From positions 27,614 through 91,613 of the forward strand of contig DATFRI010000095.1 in assembly GCA_035263405.1 (NCBI GenBank): 64,000 nucleotides of DNA. The letters run 5' to 3'. This DNA is from Actinomycetes bacterium. GTDB taxonomy: Bacteria > Actinomycetota > CALGFH01. Both the position numbers and the translations under genes were made by a program. This document shows, in pieces, positions 8,756 to 15,296 of this stretch. Below the pieces are notes generated by a model. The model was given only the letters and a program-made list of their open reading frames with translations. It had not been told where the DNA came from and made no database searches. Numbering within the stretch: position 1 is the stretch's first letter; each line of letters starts with the position of its first letter.

Positions 8756-9300
8756 TGACCACCACCCACGAGCCCGCCCCCACGACGCTGGAGGAGCTGG
8801 AGTCGGTCGCACCGCTGTACCGGGCGCGTCCGGGCACGGCCAGGGCGAGCTGGCGCAGCCGCGTCGGCGTGAGCGCCTACCGGCCGGACCGGCGCCAGCT
8901 GCTCAGAGCGGCCGCCACCATGGGGACCGTGGCCGGCCTCGGCGCGCTCGGCCTGTTCCCCAAGGCCAAGGAGGCCGCCGCGGCGTGCATCAGCCGGCTG
9001 GAGAACCAGATCGGCGGCGGCTGCCCGGTGCAGGTGGGCAACTGCTCGCCCGCGTGCGGCCCGAGCACGGTGTACGCCGACGTCTGCGGTTCCAACGGCT
9101 ACCACAAGTACACCGGCGACTATCGCAACCGCCCCGACCAGTGCAACACCGGCGAGAACGACGGCTGGATCTGGTTCGGCGCGGGCTGCTGCTCGGCCCA
9201 GTGCGGCCGCAGGTACCGCTGCCACGACGGCTGCAAGCGGGTCAACGGCGCGTGGAGGAACTCGATCTGCCGCGTCACCCTGTCCGGGTGCCTGTGCTGA
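8755..9300 (+). CDS. Tat-leader, cysteine-rich (14 Cys) small secreted protein
   Basis: ATGA overlap with the upstream stop; GGGAGG RBS at 8742-8747. About 75-aa leader with an unusually long n-region, twin-arginine motif DRRQLLRAAATMGTVAGLGALGLF, and AxA site (KEAAAA|C). Mature region is about 105 aa, Gly/Asn/Tyr/Trp-rich, with 14 Cys (GGGC, GNC, PAC, DVC, DQC, GCC, AQC, YRC, DGC, SIC, SGCLC). Confidence 0.6.
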   Translation: MTTTHEPAPTTLEELESVAPLYRARPGTARASWRSRVGVSAYRPDRRQLLRAAATMGTVAGLGALGLFPKAKEAAAACISRLENQIGGGCPVQVGNCSPACGPSTVYADVCGSNGYHKYTGDYRNRPDQCNTGENDGWIWFGAGCCSAQCGRRYRCHDGCKRVNGAWRNSICRVTLSGCLC

Positions 9301-9467
9301 TGGGCGCGACCGCGGCCACGGCGGGCCGGCGGCTGGCGACCGACCCGATCACCCCCGCGCTCGCCTTCGGCGGCGCCGCGCTGCTGGCGGTGGCCGCCCG
9401 TTCGCAGCCGCTCGCCTGGGCGAGCCTCGCCGGGCTGGCCGGGTACAGCCTCTCGGGCTCGGTCTGA
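9300..9467 (+). CDS. small hydrophobic ORF (55 aa), translationally coupled (TGATG)
   Basis: ATG 9300-9302 overlaps the TGA of the Cys-rich gene; encodes MGATAATAGRRLATDPITPALAFGGAALLAVAARSQPLAWASLAGLAGYSLSGSV (one TM-like stretch). Weak evidence only. Confidence 0.25.
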   Translation: MGATAATAGRRLATDPITPALAFGGAALLAVAARSQPLAWASLAGLAGYSLSGSV

Positions 9468-9500
9468 AGCCACAACAGCGCGGACGCGCTGCGGACGCCC

Positions 9501-10046
9501 GTGTGGCGCCACCAGGGAAGGTTCGAAGGCGTGCTGGGCCTGTTCATGGCCGGGCTCGCGCTCGGCGGGGTGCTCTCGGCGAGCGTCGCCTGGCTGCTCG
9601 GCGGGCTGCTCCAGCCGCTGCCGCGGGGCGTCCGGGTGGTGGCGCTGCTGGCCGCCGCCGTCGTCGTCGGACTGCACGAGCTGGGGGTGCTGCACCTGCG
9701 GCTGCCCTCGACCCACCGCCAGGTCCCCCGGGAGGTCTTCGACCGCGGACCGTACGCCTCGGCGCTGCAGTTCGGCGTGGAGCTGGGCACCGGGGTCAGG
9801 ACCTACCTGCCCTCGGCGGTCCCGTACGTGCTGCTGGCCGCGCTGCTGCTGCTGCAGCCCTCGCTCGCCGCCGCGCTGCTCGCGGGCGCGTCCTTCGGCG
9901 GCCTCGGCCGCGCGGCGATGGCCCTGTCGCGGACCGCCAGCGCGGACCCCGAGGACTGGGACGCGCTGCTGCGCCGCCGCCTCGCCCTGGTCCGGCCCGC
10001 CGCCGCGGCCACCGCCGCCCTCCTCTGCCTTACGCTCGCAACCTGA
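9501..10046 (+). CDS. polytopic membrane protein (about 4 TM), function unknown; last gene of the operon
   Basis: ORF-track protein has 4 hydrophobic helices. Start is ambiguous among GTG 9501, GTG 9539 and ATG 9546. Confidence 0.45.
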   Translation: MWRHQGRFEGVLGLFMAGLALGGVLSASVAWLLGGLLQPLPRGVRVVALLAAAVVVGLHELGVLHLRLPSTHRQVPREVFDRGPYASALQFGVELGTGVRTYLPSAVPYVLLAALLLLQPSLAAALLAGASFGGLGRAAMALSRTASADPEDWDALLRRRLALVRPAAAATAALLCLTLAT

Positions 10047-10281
10047 TCGCGCCGGCGACGAGCACGAGGAAGCGCCGGCACGCACGCGCTGACGCGCGGG
10101 CGGCGGTTGCTCCACGACGGGGTGAAGGTGATCCGCCGGGCCGCCTCGCGCGAATCTGTTGTGGCGGAGTCTGCGGCGACCGGCGGCCGACCGATCGGAG
10201 CGAAGTTCGCAAGGTACCTGACCGGCTACAATGCCGGTGACCGTCGGCCGTCGCCGCGACCGGCCGCCGTGGGAGCGGGGC

Positions 10282-11409
10282 ATGGACGACATCAGCGGGG
10301 ATCACAGCAGCAGGGGCCGGGGCGAGGGCCGGATCGGCGGCGAGGCCGCCGGGGACCGGGCCGCGGGGATCCCCGGCGAGGAGCACGAACGCATCCGCGA
10401 GGCGCTCGGCGCCTACGCCGCCGACGGCTGCGACGGCGACGAGCTGCGCGCGGTCGAGGCGCACCTGGCCGGCTGCCGGCCGTGCGCCGAGGAGGCCGGC
10501 CGGCTGCGCCGGGCCGCCGGCTGGCTCGCCGCCGACCAGCTCACGCCGCCGCCCGCCCGGCTGCGCGAGTCGGTCCTCGCGGCGGCGTTCGCCCGCCGCC
10601 GGCCGGCCGCACCCGCCGCCTCCGCTTCCAAGGATTCCGCTTCTGACGATTCCGCTTCCGCCGCCCCCGCACGACCGCCGACCGCGGCCGAGGTCTACGC
10701 CACCCAGGTGCGCGAGCTGGACGCCCTGCTGGCCGAGCTGAGCGCCGAGGAGTGGCAGGCGCGGGTCGTGGACGGCTGGACGGTCGAGGACCTGATGGCC
10801 CACCTCACCGCCTCCGACCGGGCACTGGCGATCGAGCTGGGGCTGCGCGGCACCGCGGGCGCGGTCGGCGACCTGCCGCCGGCGTCGGCCCGGACCGCCT
10901 GGCGGGAGCAGGCGCAGGCGGTCCTGGAGCACGTCACCGGCCGCGGCCCCGACGCGCTCGACCGCCCCGTCCACGTCGCCGACCCGCGGCACCCCCGCCA
11001 GCCGGTCCGGGTCGCGCTCGCCCAGCGCGCGTTCGAGGCCTGGATCCACACCGCCGACATCCGCTCGGCGCTCGGCCGGCCGGCGCAACCGCCCCCCGCC
11101 GGCATGGTCCGCGGCATCGTCGACCTGGGCGTGCGGCTGCTGCCGTCCGCGCTGCACCTGGCCGGCGCCGAACACCCCGGCCGCACCGCCCAGCTCGTGC
11201 TCGACGGCGACGAGGGTGGTCGCTGGACGGTCCCGCTTGGCCCCGGGACGGCGCCGGCCGCCCCGGCGGTGACCGTCGCCGCGGACGCGGTGGAGTTCTG
11301 CTTCCTGATGGGCAACCGCCGCCCGGCCGCCGTGGCGCGCACCGTCGGCGGGGACCCCGCGCTCGCCGACGACCTGCTGCGCGTCACCGCGACGCTCGGG
11401 TGCGACTGA
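10282..11409 (+). CDS. ZAS-type zinc-finger (HxxxCxxC) protein fused to a mycothiol-dependent maleylpyruvate isomerase-like (MDMPI_N/DinB_2) domain; putative anti-sigma factor
   Basis: Motif AVEAHLAGCRPCAEEAG (H-X3-C-X2-C) near the N-terminus; WTVEDLMAHLTASDRA is typical of the TIGR03083 family. Preferred start ATG 10282 (RBS GGGAGCGGGG); the track start at 10231 overlaps a TACAAT -10-like hexamer. Confidence 0.7.
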   Translation: MDDISGDHSSRGRGEGRIGGEAAGDRAAGIPGEEHERIREALGAYAADGCDGDELRAVEAHLAGCRPCAEEAGRLRRAAGWLAADQLTPPPARLRESVLAAAFARRRPAAPAASASKDSASDDSASAAPARPPTAAEVYATQVRELDALLAELSAEEWQARVVDGWTVEDLMAHLTASDRALAIELGLRGTAGAVGDLPPASARTAWREQAQAVLEHVTGRGPDALDRPVHVADPRHPRQPVRVALAQRAFEAWIHTADIRSALGRPAQPPPAGMVRGIVDLGVRLLPSALHLAGAEHPGRTAQLVLDGDEGGRWTVPLGPGTAPAAPAVTVAADAVEFCFLMGNRRPAAVARTVGGDPALADDLLRVTATLGCD

Positions 11410-11492
11410 AGGTGGCCGCGATGCCCTGCTTCCGGGCGGACACCTCTGGTCAGCAGGCATCGCGGACACCCTCACCGAGGCCGCGCAGGTGA
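11407..11492 (+). promoter_or_regulatory. conserved leader element copy 1: SD AAGGTG + ATG 11421 enclosed in a 10-bp helix (11416-11425 with 11456-11465); 23-codon uORF ending in GTGA overlap with the sigma ORF
   Basis: About 85% nt identity over ~70 nt with 32476-32545. CCGCGATGCC is the exact reverse complement of GGCATCGCGG 30 nt downstream. uORF is MPCFRADTSGQQASRTPSPRPRR with stop TGA 11490-11492. Confidence 0.5.
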
Positions 11493-12238
11493 CCCGGAGA
11501 CCGCCCGAGCCGGAGGCCCGCGTGCCGTGGCGCCGCCGGCGCGCCCGCCGGCCCGCACCCGCCGGGCCGCGGCTCACGGGACGGGTGACGCGGGACGCCG
11601 CGGATGATTCGATGCACCTCCCGACCGTCGCGGACCGGTCCATCGAGCAAGGAGGCGTCACGGTGGCGCAGCCGCCGGCATCCTGGCCACAGGACGAGCA
11701 CACGCTGCATCAGCGCCTCCTCGCCGGCGAGGAGGCGGCGCTGGCCGCGCTCTACGACCGGTTCGCGTCGCTGGTCCACGGGCTGGCCCTCCGGGTCACC
11801 CACGACCGGGCGGCCGCCGAGGACCTCACCCAGGACGTGTTCGTGTGGATCTGGGAGCACCCCGAGGCGTTCGACCCGGCGCGCGGCCGCCTGCGCGCGT
11901 GGATCGCGATGCTCACCCACCGCCGGGCGGTCGACTGGGTCCGCCACGGCGAGGTCCGCCGCCGCTACGCGATGGTCGAGGCCGAGCCGCCGCCGCCCGT
12001 GCCGGGCGTGGAGGAGGAGGCGGTTGCCGCCGCCACCGCCAAGTGCGTGCGCGCCGCGCTCGAGGACCTCCCCGAGGCGCAACAGGCCGTGATCCGGCTC
12101 ACCTACTTCGACGGCCTGACCTGCCGCGCGGCCGCCGAGGCGCTGGGCATCCCCGAGGGCACCGCCAAGTCCCGGCTCCGGCTCGGGCTGCGCCGGCTCG
12201 CCGACCAGCTCGAGGCCGCGGGGATCCTGGACGCGTAG
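11489..12238 (+). CDS. ECF sigma-70 family sigma factor (possible alternative start ATG 11612)
   Basis: Region 2 (DLTQDVFVWIWEHPEAFDP...AWIAMLTHRRAVDWVR) and region 4 (LPEAQQAVIRLTYFDGLTCRAAAEALGIPEGTAKSRLRLGLRRL). The long form starts at GTG 11489 with an Arg-rich 41-aa extension. Confidence 0.75.
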   Translation: MTRRPPEPEARVPWRRRRARRPAPAGPRLTGRVTRDAADDSMHLPTVADRSIEQGGVTVAQPPASWPQDEHTLHQRLLAGEEAALAALYDRFASLVHGLALRVTHDRAAAEDLTQDVFVWIWEHPEAFDPARGRLRAWIAMLTHRRAVDWVRHGEVRRRYAMVEAEPPPPVPGVEEEAVAAATAKCVRAALEDLPEAQQAVIRLTYFDGLTCRAAAEALGIPEGTAKSRLRLGLRRLADQLEAAGILDA

Positions 12239-12310
12239 CGGCCGGCGAGCCCCGACGCCCGCAGCGGCCGGCGGTGCAGGGGCGCTGGCCACGCCCGTCC
12301 CCGGAGGCGC

Positions 12311-13543
12311 TCAGGGCAGCTCGCCGAGCACCTGGCAGAGGGCCTGCAGGCTGGCCAGGTTGTGGCCGGACAGGAACACGTCGACGTGCGGGAGCGCGGC
12401 GGTCATGCCGCGCGCGAGCGGCCGGTAGCGCGGGTCGCCCTTGAGCGGGTTGACCCACACGACCCGGTGGGCGAGCCGCCCCAGCCGCGCCATCTGCCGG
12501 GCCAGCACCTCCGGGTCGCCGCGGTCCAGCCCGTCGGAGCAGAGCACCACCACGGCCCCACGCAGCGCGGCGTGCCCCCGCCAGCGGTCCAGCAGCTCCT
12601 TGACGCTGTCGCCGATGCGCGTCCCCCCGCCCCAGTCCTGCACCGCTACCGAGACCTCGGCGAGGGCGGCGTCCGGGTCGCGCGCGGCGAGCGCGCCGGT
12701 GACCCTGGTGAGCCGGGTGCCGAAGCAGAACACCTCCACGCGCCGGCCGGCCGACGCGGCCGCGAAGCCGAACTGCGCCAGCGCGCGCGAGTACGCGGCC
12801 ATCGAGCCGGACACGTCCAGCAGGAGCACCAGCGGCCGCTGCTCGACCTGCCGCTCCCGCCAGGCCCGGTACAGCGGCTCGCCGGCGGTGCGCAGCGACC
12901 GGCGCACGGTGCGCGGCAGGTCCATCCGCCGGCCGGCGCGGGCGGGCCGCAGCCGCCGGGTCCGTCGGCTCGGCAGGTGCACGCGCAGCCGGCGGATGAG
13001 CACCTCGGCCTGGCGCCGCTCGGCCTCGCTGAGGTCGTCGAAGTCCCTGGTCGCGAGCGCCTCGGCCGCGCTCGCGACGACCCCGGCCAGGCGGCGCCCG
13101 GCGTCGCCGGGCTCGTCCTCGCCGGCCTCCGGGGCCGGCGGGTCGGGGAGCCGCGACGCGAGGCGCTCGCGGGTCGCCTCGTCCAGCTCGAGCAGGACCC
13201 GGCTGCTGGCCGTGCGGGCCTCGGCCGGCCCGAACCAGTCCGCGAACGCCCGGTCGTAGTCGGCCGCGTGCTGCGGCCCGGTCGTGAGGGTGGCGCGGCC
13301 CGCCCAGTACAGGCGCTCGGCGTCGGGCGGCGCGAGCACCGCCACCGCCTGGCAGAAGGTCAGCACGCGCCCGGTCGTCGCCGGCAGCCCGCGCGACCGC
13401 AGCAGCCTGCCGAACCCGACCAGAGCCTCCAGGGCGGGCGCCGCCCTTCCCGGCGGCACCGACAGCCCCCCGCCGGGACCACGTGGCCCGCCGCCGGCTC
13501 CCGGCTCCCGACTCGCCGGGTCGCGCGCCCCGGGGCCGGTCAC
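12311..13543 (-). CDS. coxE: VWA-domain protein, CoxE-like
   Basis: GTG start at 13541-13543 overlaps the coxD stop (GTGA). MIDAS motif LLLDVSGSM, about 410 aa. The upstream part of the long track ORF (12311-14629) is wrong-frame. Confidence 0.75.
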   Translation of the reverse strand: MTGPGARDPASREPGAGGGPRGPGGGLSVPPGRAAPALEALVGFGRLLRSRGLPATTGRVLTFCQAVAVLAPPDAERLYWAGRATLTTGPQHAADYDRAFADWFGPAEARTASSRVLLELDEATRERLASRLPDPPAPEAGEDEPGDAGRRLAGVVASAAEALATRDFDDLSEAERRQAEVLIRRLRVHLPSRRTRRLRPARAGRRMDLPRTVRRSLRTAGEPLYRAWRERQVEQRPLVLLLDVSGSMAAYSRALAQFGFAAASAGRRVEVFCFGTRLTRVTGALAARDPDAALAEVSVAVQDWGGGTRIGDSVKELLDRWRGHAALRGAVVVLCSDGLDRGDPEVLARQMARLGRLAHRVVWVNPLKGDPRYRPLARGMTAALPHVDVFLSGHNLASLQALCQVLGELP

Positions 13544-14382
13544 GGACCGGGCTCCGCCTCGGCGGCGGCCTCGACGATCTCGTCCAGGTGCGCGCGGACC
13601 AGCTCGGCGTCCTCGTGGTCCTTGACGACCAGGCCCAGGGTGGCGTCCGCGAGCGCGCCGTCCAGGCGCCCGCCGAGCAGGGCCAGCGCGTTGGCCCAGT
13701 CGATCGCCTCGGCGACCCCCGGCCGCTTGGCGACGTCGAGCGCGCGCACCCGCCCGACCGCGGCGGCGACCTGCCTGGCGAGCCGTTCGGGCACGTCCGG
13801 GGCGCGCACCCGCACGATCTGCACCTCCCGCTCCAGCGTCGGGTGGTCGATCCAGTGGTACAGGCAGCGCCGCTTGAGCGCGTCGTGCAGCTCGCGCGTG
13901 CGGTTGGAGGTGATCACGACCGCCGGCGGGTGCTCGGCGGCGACCTGGCCGATCTCGGGGACGGTGACGGCGAACTCGGCGAGCACCTCCAGCAGGAACG
14001 CCTCGAACTCGTCGTCGGCGCGGTCCAGCTCGTCGATCAGCAGCACCGCGCGGTCGCCGGCGCGGATCGCCGCCAGCAGCGGGCGCTCGGACAGGAACTC
14101 CGGGGAGAACAGGTCCGCGGCCCGCACCGCCCCGGCCTCGGCCGCGCGCAGCGCGATCAGCTGCCGGGCGTAGTCCCACTCGTACAGCGCCTGGCTCGCG
14201 TCGATGCCCTCGAAGCACTGCAGCCGGATCAGCCGGCGGCGCAGCACGGCCGCCAGCACCTTGGCGACCTCGGTCTTGCCGACGCCGGCCTCGCCCTCCA
14301 GCAGCAGCGGGCGGCCGAGCGCGAGCGCCAGGTGGAGCGCGGTGGCGAGCCCGCTGTCGGCGAGGTAGGCCCCGCGCGCCAT
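13540..14382 (-). CDS. coxD: MoxR-type AAA+ ATPase, CoxD-like
   Basis: Walker A LLLEGEAGVGKTEVAK, Walker B VLLIDELDRAD. Start ATG 14382 (M127 of the track ORF) with GAGGAG RBS; about 280 aa. Confidence 0.8.
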   Translation of the reverse strand: MARGAYLADSGLATALHLALALGRPLLLEGEAGVGKTEVAKVLAAVLRRRLIRLQCFEGIDASQALYEWDYARQLIALRAAEAGAVRAADLFSPEFLSERPLLAAIRAGDRAVLLIDELDRADDEFEAFLLEVLAEFAVTVPEIGQVAAEHPPAVVITSNRTRELHDALKRRCLYHWIDHPTLEREVQIVRVRAPDVPERLARQVAAAVGRVRALDVAKRPGVAEAIDWANALALLGGRLDGALADATLGLVVKDHEDAELVRAHLDEIVEAAAEAEPGP

Positions 14383-14456
14383 CGCGGCCCGCAGCTCCTC
14401 GGGCGAGGCGAAGGGGAGGGCGCCGCCCGCGGCGCCCTCCCGGAGTGTCGGTCCGG

Positions 14457-15296
14457 TCAGCTCCGCAGCGCCTCCTCCAGCGCGCGGCGGACCAGCACCG
14501 GCGCCAGCGCGCGCCGGTACTCGGCGCTGCCGAGCGGGTCGCTGGGCGGGCTGGTGCCCTCCGCCGCCGCCCGGCTGGCCTCCGCCGGGTCCGCGCCGGA
14601 CGCGAGCGCCCGCTCGACGGCGGTGGCACGCAGCGGCGTCTCGCCCATGTTGGTGAGCGCGACCGCGGTCTCGCGGCGGCCGTCGTGCCCCCTCGCCACG
14701 GCGGCCGCCCCGACCACTGCCCAGTCCTGCGCCCGGGGGTTGAACTTCTGGTAGGACCATCCCCCGCCGTCGAGCTTCGGGACGCGGACCTCGGTGAGCA
14801 GCGACGACGGGCCGAGCGCGGTCGTGAACAGCCCGGTGAAGAAGTCGCCGACGCCGATGGTGCGCATCCCGCCCGGCTCCTGCACGACCATGGTCGCGCC
14901 GAGCGCCAGCAGCACGCTGGGCAGGTCCGCGGCCGGGTCGCCGTGCGCCACCGAGCCGCCGATCGTGCCCATGTGGCGCACCTGCGGGTCGCCGACCTCG
15001 CCCGCGGCGTGCGCGAGGATCGGGCAGTGCTGCCCGGCCAGCCGGTCGGACCTGAGCGTCTCGTGGCGGGTGAGGGCGCCGATCGCCAGCTCGCCGCCGT
15101 CCTCGCGCACGTACTCCAGGTCGGCCAGCCGGCCGATGTCGACCAGCAGCGCCGGGGTCGCCAGCCGCAGGCGCATCAGCGGCAGCAGCGACTGGCCGCC
15201 CGCCAGCAGCCTGGCGTCCTCGCCTCCCTCGGCGAGCAGCCGCAGCGCGTGTTCGGGCGAGTCGGCCAGCTCGTAGTCGAACGCGGCCGGGATCAC
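14457..15296 (-). CDS. coxM: molybdenum hydroxylase medium subunit (FAD-binding, CoxM/CutM-like)
   Basis: FAD-binding-5 domain signature (AGGQSLLPLMRLR...GGELAIGALTRHE...AHAAGEVGDPQVRHMGTIGGS). GTG 15294-15296 overlaps the coxL stop (GTGA); 279 aa. Confidence 0.8.
   Translation of the reverse strand: MIPAAFDYELADSPEHALRLLAEGGEDARLLAGGQSLLPLMRLRLATPALLVDIGRLADLEYVREDGGELAIGALTRHETLRSDRLAGQHCPILAHAAGEVGDPQVRHMGTIGGSVAHGDPAADLPSVLLALGATMVVQEPGGMRTIGVGDFFTGLFTTALGPSSLLTEVRVPKLDGGGWSYQKFNPRAQDWAVVGAAAVARGHDGRRETAVALTNMGETPLRATAVERALASGADPAEASRAAAEGTSPPSDPLGSAEYRRALAPVLVRRALEEALRS

Noticed and set aside
6898-9225. 775-aa minus-strand ORF antisense to the mauE/mauD/Cys-rich operon
   Set aside because: Ala/Arg/Gly-rich, no motifs, antisense to an operon with RBSs, overlapping starts and domain signatures.
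8755-9300. Calling the Cys-rich protein a MauA (methylamine dehydrogenase light chain) homologue
   Set aside because: Only the architecture (long Tat leader, many Cys, E-D-A gene order) is similar. The Trp spacing and local motifs of MauA/TTQ are not recognisable, and mauB and mauG are absent, so homology is not claimed.
11421-11492. Treating the conserved leader uORFs as a new small-protein family
   Set aside because: The substitution pattern between the two copies (0 of 7 differences at third codon positions) argues against peptide-level selection. Reported instead as an RNA/DNA regulatory element with possible regulatory translation.
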